DNA of 64,000 nucleotides from Podarcis melisellensis (lineage: Eukaryota), in the NCBI GenBank assembly GCA_964234715.1, contig OZ174281.1; one strand, given 5' to 3'. Below, piece after piece: positions 50,559 to 64,000 of this stretch (its first letter is position 1; each line of letters starts with the position of its first letter). The translations under genes and the position numbers were made by a program. A model generated the notes under the pieces. That model saw only the letters and a program-made list of their open reading frames with translations, ran no database searches and had not been told where the DNA came from.

Positions 50559-51152
50559 CTGGGTTTCCCCAGCCACTCTGGGCAGCTCCCAACCCAATAT
50601 TAAAAACACAATACAGCATTAAATATTAAAAACTTCCCTAAACAGGGCTGCCTTCAGATGTCTTTTAAAAGTAAGGTGGTTGCTTTTGCCTTGACATCTG
50701 ATGGGAGGTCGTTCCACAGGGCAGGCCCCACTAATAAGAAGGCCCTCTGTCTGGTTCCCTGTAACCTCACTTTTTGCAATGAGGGAACTGCCAGAAGGCC
50801 CTCAGCGTTGGATCTCAGTGAAGCCACTCTTTCACGTATACAGGACTGAGGCTGCTTAGATCTTTAAAGGTCAGCACCAACACTTTGAATTGTGCTCGAA
50901 AACGTACTGGGAGCCAATGCAGATCTCTCAGAACCGGTGTTATATGGTCTCGGCGGCCACTCCCAGTCACCAGTCTAGCTGCCGCATTCTGGATTAATTG
51001 CAGTTTCTGAGTCACCTTCAAAGATAGCCCCACGTAGAGCGCATTGCAGTAGTCCAATCGGGAGATAACTAGAGCATGCACCACTCTGACAAGACAGTCT
51101 GCAAGCAGGTAGGGAGGGTCTCAGCCTGCATAACAGATGGAGTTGGTAGACA
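50559..51152 (-). mobile_element. L2 LINE 3' portion
   Basis: ORF 50815-51084: VHALVISRLDYCNALY..LQLIQNAAARLV..DHITPVLRDLHWLPV. Confidence 0.93.
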
Positions 51153-52764
51153 GTGGTGAAGCTGCTTGCTCTGCTATCTGGGGCAGAGAGCAGGCGGGGT
51201 GGGGCTGGCGCCCCCGGCGCGTGACATGCACCTGGGGGGCATGATGCGCATCCTGGGGGCGTGGTACACGCACATTCTGGGGGCTGTGCAATCCTAGTGC
51301 CATGCCTGGTTGAAAAGTAGAACTGCAAGAGTCTCATTGTGGAAAGGAGGGCCGAGTAAATGTCTCTATGTAAGGAAACATTATTATGGTTTTCTTGACC
51401 TCTTTCTTTCTGTCATAATACCAAGGCTGGGATCCCTACAGCTGGAACAAATCAGTGGTGGACTTTGCGGTCTCAAATTTCAGTGGCAGCCTGCACAACA
51501 CCAAAATTCAGTGCCCCCTCCTCTTGCCTTCCATTTTACATCATAGTTGCAACACCTCCAAGGCTCCGCACCCAGTGCAACCAAACTGGTTGCAATCCCC
51601 TAAATCCGTCCCAGAACAGATGTTAGAGTGAGCATCAAATAAGTTTGGGAATGCACAAAACTGAGAATTCTTGGGAACTGGATATCAATATTAAAGGCTT
51701 CTTAGTCATTGTGCCTTTTTGTCAGATTTGGAGTTTGGACAGATATCATAATAATGAACCAGATTAACTCCACAAGAAATCATTCAAGGGAGGGTGTGCA
51801 TTTGTATACATGTAGGATGTACACATGTGGCTTTTTGTGTATGTGGTTACGTATCTCTGACCGGTTTGTCTATAAAATAGAAGTAAATTATTGCTGTTTA
51901 GCTGCCAATTTAATATCTGTGAATATATACATCATTGTTTTTAAGACATAATTTTGCTAAATTTAGCCTCCCTTGTTAATATAATTGTAATACCTGAGTA
52001 GACGGTGTCTTGCGTGCTTTGGTGTGATTTTGATAATATTGAATACCATATTTGTTCAACTAATTACTACAATATCTTATTGATTTTCAACATCCTGCTT
52101 TATTTCTAACACATTTTGATTTTGTAAATGGTACACATCCCTAAAATTAGATACCACAGTGCATTAAATTATAATTTCTTTTCTACTGTGAGATGTTTAT
52201 CATTTTGATTTTGGAAGTACTTGTACCTCACAATAAGAATAGATTAAATAGATGATTGCTCTCCATTGCAGACTAATTAGCTGACCGTGACAAAGAAATC
52301 TGCTGAATTTTCTTTGGAGGAATGAATATAAATGAAATTAAATTTGTCACTGGTTTAAATTGTATTATTCATCTGTGTTCTATTTTCATTCTGTCCTAAT
52401 CCAGGGATAAGAGATAGAATCCTGACTTTTCTCTGATATTTCATTATTGTAAAATTGAGATGAGAGAGGCACACTTACTTTCTGACCCACTTAGCATTTC
52501 AGCGAGTAAAAAAAAAAGGAGTGTATTATCATCATTTCACATATTGGGATTCTTAACTCTACCCCCAGTATTCAGCACCTAGGCTGCAGGACTGATAAAC
52601 AACTATTCATTAGCTACACTTGGTCCCCACTGTTACTTATCGTTTTATTCCCTCTTGTTTTCAGGTTCCCAAAGATCTGGGTCTGAATGGAAATTTCAGT
52701 GTCATTACATTACTCATTCATGACATACTAAAAGACTACACTTCGCACATGAAGCATCTCAGTG

Positions 52765-52925
52765 CATGTTTTATGCCAGTACTAGAGCACTTGCTTGGTA
52801 TGCAAAGGTCCATGTTCAGTTCCTGGCCTATCTTGTTTGGACTAGAAAAAGTTCCAGTCCAAAATTGTGAGGAGGCACAACCAGTTAATGTAGTCAATAC
52901 TGAGCTAGATTGGCCAACTAACATA
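52765..52925 (+). mobile_element. Degenerate Squam3-type SINE
   Basis: tagagcacttgcttggtatgcaaaggtcccatgttcagttcctggc...caatactgagctagattggcc. Confidence 0.55.
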
Positions 52926-53935
52926 AAATATATTCCTTATCTGTTGCTGGGCGCACTAGTTATTTTTGCAGAGCCATGTATATTTCAGTGCCTACAGCTA
53001 TAGGATAAGTCTTTATAAGAGATACATTTTTAATAATACTAGCTGGATTTGACAACAAACTATATTCAAGCAAATTTTGTGTACCAACTCTCTTAATCTT
53101 TACAAAATTGTATCGGAGATAGAACCTGATAATAATGATAAACAAGAAGGAGACTTGAATAGAACATTTACTAGCAAATATATATTTGCAAGACAGAACA
53201 AGGCTCTTCTGCTTATGTTAATTTTAGAGCACATTCCAACTCAGGTTTCTTTAAAGTCTTAGTAAATAGATGTATCATGTTCCAAACTATTGGTGGCAAA
53301 GAGCTGGGGGGAAATAAGCAGATTCCAGGTAACACAGGGACATTAATTAATTAACCAGCCTAATATATTTGCAACCATCATCTCACTTGCTTATTATTCA
53401 CAATATTTAATTATTTCAGATATTCCATGAAAATAATGTAAGTGACCTGCCTTTTACAAGTGTTATGAGCCCCATAGGACACCCAGTGCCTGAGTGTAGG
53501 TAGGAATGAACACATGGAGGAGAGAACTTTGGGAGAAATACCTTTGGCTTTGCCCCCTTGGTCGCCTTTTTCTTGCATGTAACCACATTCCTTATGACGT
53601 TACAAATGAAATTTCTGAATCCACCAAAGGGGGCGGAAAGCTCTTAGAACTGTATTTGGTTTTTATATAAATGCCAGTGAACTAAACATGGGATTTTCAA
53701 CAAGGAAGTGTAGCTGGTCATGGGGCAAGTCAAAACTGGCCACCTTACTTTCTAGGAGTACCTTCAGTCACTTTCTTACTGTGCTCTTAACAATTTAGAC
53801 ATTTCTGATTGAAGTAAACCCTAATCAGCAACACTATCAACCCACATGGTGTGGGCAGTGTGAGGAACAGTACCACATTTAGGATGGTGTGAGCAGTTCC
53901 CTCACACAGTGTGCCAAGCCAAAGGGGGCACAAAC

Positions 53936-53961
53936 TAGTAGTAGTAGTAGTAGTAGTAGTA
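53936..53961. repeat. (AGT)n microsatellite
   Basis: Directly visible. Confidence 0.9.
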
Positions 53962-55461
53962 ATACCTTTCTTTATAAAGGTACCAATGAGAAGATCCATA
54001 AAAAAGCAATTGTACCAAAATGAATTATTGTGAAAATAAGAAATGGGGGGGCACCAAATGTCCTTGCTCGGGGTGCAATATTACCAAAGTCCACCCCGGT
54101 GAGGAATTATTCTTCTTATCAAGTCAGCAGTCGCCTTTTCATTTAAAGTTTCATATATGATTTTAAGAGCATTAAATCATATACTAAGAAACCAAATTTC
54201 TAGATTTTAAAGTATTTCTTCATGTGTTATAATTATTTTATATTGCTACACTTCCCAAAGCATTCTAAGTTCAACCACAGTTATGGGGACTAAAATGCTG
54301 TTTTCCCTCACTACTGCCATTGGCTTTTCATCATTACAAAAGTATGTACAGGTTGCTGACAAAAGAGCTTTATTTAAATGAGCTGTAAAATCTTTAACAA
54401 CAATTCTAAGTGGAACAGGCTTAATAATAAAGAGATATCTTTTTACCTATGCACTTGGAGTATTAGAAGATAAATATTAGCTACATTTTGCTCATAATTC
54501 TGCCATTCTTGCTTGCCTTGCCAAAACCTGTAGAGTTGTTTTGTCAGTGTTTGAGTTATAACAATGAATTGTACTGACACGGCTTATATCATTTACTTAG
54601 TATGCAACATCTCATTGCATTATTAAATTAATATGGCACATGTAGGATTATCTAATATGTTTAATTATTATTTTGGAGAGAAAAGGGCAGATTTAGAAAG
54701 ATCAACATTTTCTGCATGGTTTTTTAACCCTTAATTCTTCAACAATCCTCAACGGATTTGGTTTCAATGGAAACCAACATTAAAAATCTAACTCTATGGG
54801 CACACCTAAAAAGGTTCTTTGGGCCTAGTCAATGAAAGCAAATGGTGCCAATTAGCTAAATGTTCTGTTGTGGAAAACGCCAACTTCCAATGTGGCAATT
54901 TCATAAAACTTGGCTAGAACAAGTAAAGGATATATGATGGACCCAAGACCCAGGAAATAACATAAACATGGAGAGGAGGAAGAAATTATAAAGAAAAGAT
55001 CATAAACTTTCTCTAAATACAGATATAAGACAGAATTGTTTCAAAGATATGACATGATGGCATCAAACTTCTGTAATTATCAGAGCCAGTATGTTATTGG
55101 CTCAAAACTGGAAAGTTGCATTACTCCCTCCCTGGAAATAATGGCTTAACAAATTTTGGGATTTAACTATAACAGCAAAAATAATGATTTATCTTAGAGC
55201 AAGAATTGTTAATAAATATAGAAATAATTTCTGGTAAAACTGATTGCCCTTTATACAATATTATCAAGAAAATACAAAAGACAAGTAGGTTTGGAATTTT
55301 TTTTAGAAAAAATGTATTTTTGTCTTGATTCTTATTTATTTATTCGTATTTGTATTATAACATTATGATTTGAAGTAATATTTTTTGATCAGAGTTTTTA
55401 TTATTGGTAATAATTGTCAAATAATTCAATAAATAAACACAACACCTGGAAAAACCTAGAA

Positions 55462-55762
55462 GTAAGACATGGGTTGGCTTAGTGTTAAGTTTAAACTCTG
55501 TCTTGCGGTTTGTCTTGCCCCAAACAAACACAAGATGTAACCATGGTTTGTTTGGTTTTTTATTTATTCTGATTTGTTTGTCGGTAACAAACCATGAGCC
55601 CAGGTTTGCATGTAATGCAAAGCCAAACTATAGCTTAGCTCTGGGTAGTATTGCAGCAGCAGGGCCAGGAGACAAGCAAAAAACCACCCTTTTCTCACTA
55701 GGCACCAGCACACTTGCCTGTTCGCAGTAAAACCATGGTTTGGCTTAATGTGAATGAGGCCC
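55462..55762. mobile_element. Degenerate palindromic MITE (Harbinger-like)
   Basis: Repeated AAACCATGGTTTG/GGCTTA motifs; similar remnants at ~25090-25320 and ~62280-62520. Confidence 0.45.
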
Positions 55763-57080
55763 ATGTGAAATATTGAAATATTAATTTTCAGCATTATAGC
55801 TGGTATTTTGTATAGATTTTCAAAGATGGTATTGAAGACGGGAAATTATGTGTTTCTCAACTCCCTTGAGAAACAAAATGAAAATGAGATTTGGACACGG
55901 TACAATGTATTGGTCGCCAAAGAACGCTTCCCTTCTCTGATATAAAGACATTTTTATTCATGCATTCATTGTGGTATTGATCTCAATAGGTTTGAAAACT
56001 TCCATAGATACATTATACCATTGTTTTAATGTGGTTGACAACCATGCTCAGAAAGGTTGTGTACTGACAATAGTGATTGACATTTTACTGAGAGTACTGT
56101 AGCATGACTAAATAAAAATGCAGCTTTAAAATCTCTTTGATATAATTGGTTCCCATTAGCCATTTTCTACATTAGCAGTGTTTTCCTCTCCTGCAACAAA
56201 CAAATGTGGCCAGGATCCAACCAGTATCTCCTGTGGATTTGGGCATGCCCAGTGTTACTTTTTACTTCTTACTTTTCTTTGAACTGATAGATCCTTATAC
56301 CATATTGCAAAATGCTCTTGAAAGTTTTCCTGTGTTTCAAATGTGACTCAGAAGTTTCACGTGTGGAAGCTGATGTCTGAGCCCCTTTGGGCACATGGAC
56401 TTAATTACTATCCTGGATATAGAGACGCAGGGGGTTTAAAAGTTAGCTATTAAGGTAATACGTTTGCATCCATTCATTTGAGCTGCATGTAAAACTACTG
56501 TGCCAGATTTTTTATTTATTTATTATTTATTCCCAAATTTAGAAGAACTGTAATATAAACAGAAATTGGTTAATAATGTGTCTGCAATAGCTGTTACGTT
56601 TAAAACTCATTTAATATTCTTTGTCAAAGTGATTTTTGCAGTTAGAAAGCTATGTAAGAAAACCGGGGTAAGCCCACACTTGTGATTCTCTTTATACAGT
56701 ATATTGTAACATCTGTGTAAATGTGCATGTGCAGATATAGATATATAGATATGGTAGTGTCACATTCAGCTGCTGCCTTAACTGCAATTTAGTGCAGTTA
56801 GATGCTTTCATGTCACATGGTTATAGCTAGGTAGATTAATAGGGAGTTCTATCTGGAAATTTCTTTCCTGTTATTGTTCTCCCTCAGCTGCTGATGGTGA
56901 AGTTAATTCTCTTTAGTTTTGTCATGCTCTGGAGCACACATTGCCAAGCTATGATAAGCTTTACAAGGAAAAATGAGCCACAGTGTCCATCAAAGTCTTA
57001 AACTTGCATTTTAAACTTTGGCCTGACCTGATGTGCCATTCAAAATGCTTCAAAAGATTATTTTTTTAAGAAAGGTTCAA

Positions 57081-57695
57081 NNNNNNNNNNNNNNNNNNNN
57101 NNNNNNNNNNNNNNNNNNNNNNNNNNNNNNNNNNNNNNNNNNNNNNNNNNNNNNNNNNNNNNNNNNNNNNNNNNNNNNNNNNNNNNNNNNNNNNNNNNNN
57201 NNNNNNNNNNNNNNNNNNNNNNNNNNNNNNNNNNNNNNNNNNNNNNNNNNNNNNNNNNNNNNNNNNNNNNNNNNNNNNNNNNNNNNNNNNNNNNNNNNNN
57301 NNNNNNNNNNNNNNNNNNNNNNNNNNNNNNNNNNNNNNNNNNNNNNNNNNNNNNNNNNNNNNNNNNNNNNNNNNNNNNNNNNNNNNNNCTTATTTTTTCC
57401 CCTTTCCTCTTTTAGCTCTCTCGGCTGCAAAGGAAGCTGCACAGGGTATTGGTGGAGTACTTCAAACAGCGAGCCGTCTATAGCCAAGCTGGGCTGGCGA
57501 AGTTCCAGGCAGCCTNNNNNNNNNNNNNNNNNNNNNNNNNNNNNNNNNNNNNNNNNNNNNNNNNNNNNNNNNNNNNNNNNNNNNNNNNNNNNNNNNNNNN
57601 NNNNNNNNNNNNNNNNNNNNNNNNNNNNNNNNNNNNNNNNNNNNNNNNNNNNNNNNNNNNNNNNNNNNNNNNNNNNNNNNNNNNNNNNNNNNNNN
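57081..57695. other. Two assembly gaps flanking a 127-bp exon-containing island
   Basis: N-runs at 57081-57388 and 57516-57695; eight further gaps occur elsewhere in the window. Confidence 0.99.
57416..57515 (+). CDS. CCDC178: Next CCDC178 coding exon (phase 0 start; 3' end lost in assembly gap)
   Basis: Strong polypyrimidine acceptor ttttttcccctttcctcttttAG at 57415. It reads LSRLQRKLHRVLVEYFKQRAVYSQAGLAKFQAA, in frame with the 28705 exon and colinear with recalled mammalian LCQLQRRMHTLWQEHFK...SQMRLANFQ. Confidence 0.82.
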
Positions 57696-58273
57696 ATGAA
57701 TCCAGTAGGCTAGCATATGTACCACAGATAGATATTTTCTTTAAAAGAGAAAGTTGAATTTTGTTCTCGGCAGCCTTTACAATGATCATTATACAAATAC
57801 GTTTATTTTTAACCATTGAAAAACAGGCATTAACAGTGCAGCTAAAATATTTTAGAACACACTATAGCACATTCCTTTCTTTACCTCTTATTGACACAGA
57901 AAGCAACACTTTTGATTTTTCACATTTTATTCCTCTAAAGAAAAAGAAGAAGCATAGATTACCCATTTAGCTAAAGATCATCACTTTACATATTCTGAGG
58001 GGTAATGGCATTACAGGAATTAAGGAATCCTGGTGTCATGGACACAAGGCCCAATCTGATTAAGCCAACGTTATTCTTACCTTCAGACCCAGACCTGGAC
58101 ACCTCACAATAAGAGCCAAACTAAATGTGACAGACTGCCATGTGTAGTCCCCCCTTTTTTTCCTTCATAGAATGTGGGCATAGAAATAAGGGGACTTCTT
58201 AACATTTCTCCCTCTAGCAGATTTTCCAGTAACCGTTGTTCCCTCCCAGTCTGCTTTCTCTCCAATCACCCAC

Positions 58274-59046
58274 ATCATAGAATCATAGAATTGTAGAGAT
58301 GGAAGGGACCCCAGGAGTTATCTAATCCAACCACCTGCAATGCAGGAATATCAACAAAAGCATCCATGGCAGATAGACATCCAATCACTGCTTTAAAACC
58401 TCCAAGGAAGGAGAGTCCACCACCTTCTGAGGGAGTCTGTTCCCCTGTCAAACAGATGTTGCTGTTGGAAAGTTCTTTCGATGTTTAGTCAAAAATCTCC
58501 TTTCATGTAACTTGAATCCATTGGTTCAGGCCCTACCCTCCAGAGCATGACAGAACAAGCTTGCTTCATCTTCCATGTGACAGCCCTTTCGATATTTGAA
58601 GATCCTCTCCATCTCCTTTTTTCCAGGCTAAACATACCCCATTCCCTCAACTGTTATTATAAGGCTTGGTTTCCAGACCCCTGATTATCTTGGGTGCCTT
58701 CCTCCACACATATTCCAGCTGATCAATATCCTTCTTAGATTGTGGCACCCAGAAATGGACACAGTATTCCAAGTGTGGTCTGACCAAGGCAGAATAGAGC
58801 TGTACTCTTACTTCCCTTGATCGGGAAACTATACTTCTGTTGATGTAACCTAGAATAGCATTAGGGGTTTTTTTGCTGCTGCTGCATCACACTATTGACT
58901 CATGTTAAGCTTGTGGTCTCATAAGACCCCTAGATCCTTTTCACATGTACTACTGGCAGTCCAGGTACCCCCCCATACATCTTATATTTGTCCAGTTGGT
59001 TCTTCCTGCCTAAGTGTAGAACCTGCATTTGTCCCTATTGAAATTC
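58274..59046 (-). mobile_element. CR1 LINE 3' fragment (~770 bp)
   Basis: (CATAGAAT)n tail; reverse strand shows CR1 ORF2 C-terminal motifs (LGQTTLGILCPFLG-type frameshifted LVRPHLEYCVQFW region). Confidence 0.92.
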
Positions 59047-59221
59047 TCTCAACTGGGACAGCAATCCACAATGGGGAATGACTACTGAGAAGGCATTTGC
59101 ATTGACTCCAGACTCTTCATGTTATGTTTCCAAATCATGTGTCATATTGTTTGACTGATCCTGGTTTCAGAATTATGTGCTAACTCTGCCCCAAAGTGGG
59201 TAGCAGCCAATAATAAGCTAT

Positions 59222-59665
59222 TGTTGTTGTTTATATTCGCGTGTCTCGGGAGACAATGGAAGAGGTGCACTTCAGGGTGAAGTCAAACCATTGAAAAGTT
59301 ATAGCATTTGCTGTGACTGTAGAGACTGATATGGGAGAGAGATGTTTTTTTGCATGTGGGGCAGATTAAGGCATCCAGTTCTGTTGCCACAGGTACACCA
59401 TGACATGTCTTTTCTCTGCACTCCTCCCAGAGATCATTCTTCCTCTGGTCACTCCTATGGATACATAACCTGACTGTCTCCGGGTACTGCAATCATCTGA
59501 AAGGGATTCCCACACATGCTGCCAGCCTTCATGATATATTTGCAGACATCTTTGTAATGCAGCGTTGGTCTGCCAGTAGGCCTAGTGCCTGAAGCCAGCT
59601 CTCCATAGAGCACGTTCTTGGGGATCCTGCAATCTCCCATTCTGTGGACATTGCCACAGAAGCCT
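59222..59665 (-). mobile_element. RTE-clade LINE 3' fragment (third RTE family)
   Basis: GNVHRMGDCRIPKNVLYGELASGTRPTGRPTLHYKDVCK, a C-terminal CPTC..H..C knuckle and a (CAA)n tail. A related short piece lies at ~21945-22015. Confidence 0.85.
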
Positions 59666-62600
59666 GGTAGCTCCATGTGGCACGAACACAAACAACCAAG
59701 TCCAGCTGGTGCCAGTGGATGTCTCTAGGACACTCACTGTTTTCCCTTGGTAGAGAAGAACATGTTTGTGATGCAAGTTAGCAGACTTATTTTTTTCTTA
59801 AATAATTTGTCCTTGAAAGAAAGAGGGGTGGTAGTACCCCTGGTTTAGCACTATTAAGCCTACTGCCACAGACTTTAGTTGTAGTCTCGTAATCCAATGC
59901 CAGAGCACATCTTCTAGAGTTAGTGCCCTCTGTGCCCTTGGAAAATGGGACCAGTGTTTACCTGTCTATTGAACAGCCCTTTCATTTATGGTTTCCTTCT
60001 TACTTGTCAAGTGATCATCAATTTAACTGCATTTTTTCTCAACAGTTCTTTCACAGGTAAATTATAATAGTTCTCTAGGTGGATGATCTTCAAAGCCTCT
60101 TTCATTTCTGAAGGTTCAAGTATTATTACAATTGCCGATAACATTCAGTTGCATCTTTTAGACATGCTAATTTTTCAGTTATTGCTTTACTCTCACCTTG
60201 CAGGTATATGGAGTTTGGTAACACTGGTGTTTTAGTAAGCAAGGACTGGTATTGGCTTTTTATTGGTCTTGCTTTTTGCCATTATTTATAATAATGATTT
60301 AGAATGCTGAAGATGAAATTTAGGTACAAATCTTCTGTTTTTATAAATTTCCATTTCCTGTTTAATATGACATATTACAAAATACAAGTTTCACTTCTTA
60401 AGGACAACTGTGAATTAATTCCCTGATATCCTGAACTTTAGATCAGATTCTGTGGTTATCTGCAGAGAGCAGTGCTCATACATATTTTTCCTGAACCCAA
60501 GACAAACTTGTAATGTGCTCTGCTCTTATCTCTCTCCCCCACCCCATCATGATCTCATATTGGTTTTGAAAAAATGAAGGATTGATTGTTCCTTAGCTTC
60601 ATTTAGTTCCCTTTGTTCAAGCTCTTTATGTTTCTGGCAGTTTGGCATGTATGCACAACAGTGACAAATACTCTACAGATACTGGGATCTAGTGTTAGTT
60701 CTCTTATGCTCTCTGGAGACCAGAGGCCTATCTCATGGATGCCATCTTCAGTTCCATGATGGAAGAAAACTTAGATATAAGTGCAAAAAAGAAATATAAA
60801 ATAATAAATAAATGTACTTGTTTATGTTCTCGGGTATGTAAATCCAATCAGCGTCACTGGGCTTGGGAGAGTGGGAGAGGTGCAGAATCTTGCCTTGTAG
60901 ACGGCAGCCTGTTCAGAAACCTTGGGTGCAGTAGGTTTGTGAGCATTCTACACATGCAAAAATATTTCTCATTATAACTCCTGTGCATATATAGTAGTAT
61001 TCCAGTGCTTCTTAGCATGGTATAGCATGTGTTAGGCCCTGCTCCTACCAGCAAGTATGACTCTTAGCAGACAGGGTGGAAGAAGAAACAATCCAAATTA
61101 TGCAGGAAGCAACCTGCTCAGTGGCATAAATACAACAGATTGCATCTAAAATTATAGACTAATCTTGGCTGCCATTGGACCACTTGATGAAGTACCTTAG
61201 CATGACAAACTACTGCAGTTGCAATTGGTACATGTGTGTTCAAATGTTTGTCATCAGAACAGCTTATGGGAGTTAAGGCTTCCTTAGATTGCCTTGGCTG
61301 TTTGACCAGTCCTTTACCTACCATGCAGTAGAGAGAGAGATAAATTTGACTGTTCCATTCATATTTCCTTAAATGTAGCAAGATTCATTAAACTATATGA
61401 AGTTTAGTGAATTGCAAGAGCCAGCCAAAATGCTGCTGTTGATTTGCTTGAGTGCCTTGTGTGTCTCAGTGTGTCAACTTGGTGGTGCTGTGCAAACAGG
61501 GAAATCCTTTGTTCAAGCTTGTTACCGCTTAAAATCCTAGCTAGTTGCCTAATGCTCTCTCTTAGCACTTTGCTGCTACTGTTCTACGATGGCACTTTGG
61601 AGCCATTCACAGAATTTGTCCACTTCTGGGTTATGGTCTTTTCTTGTCTTGGCTTCAGCCATCTGATCCTCCTTGAGGGGAAACCTACTGCAGCGTTGCT
61701 TCATTCCCTATCTCTTAAAGCATGCCCTCAGCTTGCCTGGCAGCTTTCTGAACATTGCCGCTCCCTATTCAAGGTAAACATAGCCTGGTCTCAGCAGCCA
61801 GACTGTTATTTCCCTAGACCACGGCAATGCTAACTTCACACTCCAATTCCCGATTCCCTCTATTTATAGTCTGAATTCTAACCTCTTATTCCTCAGGTGA
61901 CCCACATCCTCTATTACTAGCTTCACCTAGGTTAGTGCCAACCCAGCATGCCAGAGACCTAATCTTTTAAGTCACTCTGGTTCAAAGGGGTCTCAGTTGT
62001 GCTATATATACAAAGCACTTCTTAGAGCCTCTCAGATGGGAATCTGGAATGCCTCTAACAGATAAGGTTTTCCTTATTTAAAAAATATTGCATATTCATA
62101 TCAGTATCCATAAACCTTTGGACTTCTATGAAGACAGAAATCTTGGAGGGAGAGAGTCCTTATCCAAATTGAACTTAGGTGGTGGTGTGAATTGGATACA
62201 AGGTGGTAATCATGTGAGACCCAAACAGTAAAATTAACAGAATGTAACTGGTTCTAATGTCATTAGACTATTTGACCTGATTCAGATGTACTGATATGAG
62301 TCCAATAAACCAGCCCAGAATATCAAACCAGGATATGGTTTGATATCCTGTCTTTGAAGAGAACTCTTAACAATTTCCACATTTGGATGTCCAGTGAAAC
62401 CATGATTTAATAAACCAGGAAGGTTTACCCAAGCCAGTTAACAAGGGGAGGAGAGAGGCCAGGGGTGAGGAAGGGAACACATAGAGAAACTCAGTCTGGT
62501 AAACCAAAATTACAGATGAACTGAACTATAAGGTATTTGTTTTCCCCAGAAGTATCAATGTTGGAGCATTTTCTATGTTGGGGAGTTGTTGACAATGTTG

Positions 62601-64000
62601 TGCTCAAACAGATGAGACCTCAGAGCATGGCATATTTATTATTATGTATTTTGGCTAACCAGACTAGAAACCATTTTTAGATCACACCTTTGGAACATTG
62701 CCATTAATAATGTGCTATTAATGTTCTGATATTACTGATGTGCTAGGTCACTTCCATGTGGAATTATATTTTACAATAGTTTCAATTCTGTATTGACCAT
62801 GTAAAACATATTGCTGTAAAAGAAACTGTGGGTTTGTAAGCTGTCAGTATGCATTTCAAGCCTCTCTTTATTTTTTCAAAGTACCATGTGTGAAACATCA
62901 GGAAAATACCACTCGGCAGCTTGTAATGCCAAGTTTGCTAACACACTTTAGGCCAATTTAGCCCCTCCTCTTTTAACCTACATCACAGTTTTAAAGATGC
63001 AAGGAACCATTTTTGGCAGCTGCCCTGCTTTTATTGCTTCCTGAATTAATTGCGTCAGTTTAGCACATCTCCAGGAAAAGATGCTTCTTCCATTGATTAT
63101 AAACATAGCTACTGAACTCTTAACCATGGCTGCAAAGTAGATTATCTTTTAAAGACACTGGTTTTGAAACTTAGACATTTAATTTAATTATCTTTTCTCA
63201 GAAGTGTACAAAGCAGTGAGAAACCTCATGTGAATAACATATTCATAAGACAATGCAGAGATGCATTTTTTGCCACAAACTCACTAATTTTAGCTATAAT
63301 CACTAGCAATGTTTTTGTTTTACAGACTACTNNNNNNNNNNNNNNNNNNNNNNNNNNNNNNNNNNNNNNNNNNNNNNNNNNNNNNNNNNNNNNNNNNNNN
63401 NNNNNNNNNNNNNNNNNNNNNNNNNNNNNNNNNNNNNNNNNNNNNNNNNNNNNNNNNNNNNNNNNNNNNNNNNNNNNNNNNNNNNNNNNNNNNNNNNNNN
63501 NNNNNNNNNNNNNNNNNNNNNNNNNNNNNNNNNNNNNNNNNNNNNNNNNNNNNNNNNNNNNNNNNNNNNNNNNNNNNNNNNNNNNNNNNNNNNNNNNNNN
63601 NNNNNNNNNNNNNNNNNNNNNNNNNNNNNNNTTAGCTGGATAAAATATTTGAAGGGATCTTTACTATACAACTCAAAATGTATGTGGAATCATAGCGTGT
63701 TATTCAAAATGACAAATATATTTTTATTTGTGTAACATGCTTCATAGATAGCATGCTTTTCCAGAGGCAGGCAGAGCCACTTGCAAACAATGATATGACC
63801 TACCAGGATGACAGCTTGGTTGTCTTGCGCAAAGCAATTATGGTGCAGTGTCTTAATGGAATTAGAACTTCCTTCCTTCCATTTTACTGTAGAGGAATCC
63901 ATGCTGAAATCAACCCACGCATGACATACTTGTCCTCTGAGTGGCCACCCATGATTCTACCTGGATAGACAGCTTGAGATGGAATGATCCATACTTCACA

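Noticed and set aside
51170-51612. GC/CpG-rich patches (also 32760-32875, 34250-34345, 16690-16870) as possible CpG-island promoters
   Set aside because: They are short and look like decayed hAT-type non-autonomous elements. Boundaries and TSDs are too unclear to call.
60190-60240. Acceptor-like CTCACCTTGCAG as a possible final CCDC178 exon
   Set aside because: The phase-0 translation (VYGVW*) bears no resemblance to the expected C-terminus, which probably lies beyond the window.
12892-63671. Long ORFs containing X runs (e.g. 17811-18419, 57033-57713, 63230-63643)
   Set aside because: They stay open only because they cross N gaps. Only the frame of 57449 (VEYFKQRAVYSQ...) is real, as part of the CCDC178 exon.

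Overview
Vertebrate (squamate, most likely lacertid lizard) draft-assembly DNA with ten N-gaps. It is AT-rich and dense in transposable elements. The window lies inside the large 3' introns of a coiled-coil gene on the + strand that I recognise as CCDC178. Two coding exons are visible: a complete 150-bp phase-0 exon at 28705-28854 (KSLEFSEDENLRLAQEYQ...RDQQQ) and the next exon, which starts at 57416 (LSRLQRKLHRVLVEYFKQ...) and runs into a gap. The rest is intron. It carries BovB and other RTE LINEs, L2 and CR1 LINE fragments, Sauria SINEs, Squam3-type and CORE-type tRNA SINEs, solo LTRs, hAT, Tc1/mariner and Harbinger-like MITEs, Penelope-like remnants and microsatellites. Almost all supplied ORFs are spurious or TE-derived. 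The most notable observations are: (i) a TSD-bounded Penelope-like insertion forming a 65-bp perfect hairpin that contains a minimal hammerhead-ribozyme motif; (ii) a tiny TSD-bounded bipartite BovB derivative resembling ruminant Bov-A; (iii) a BovB insertion with an inverted 5' segment inside one TSD; (iv) a hairpin-rich ~750-bp LTR-like element; and (v) a palindromic pair of CTCF-like motifs. I found no convincing wholly new gene system. Family names come from memory of consensus sequences, not from database searches.
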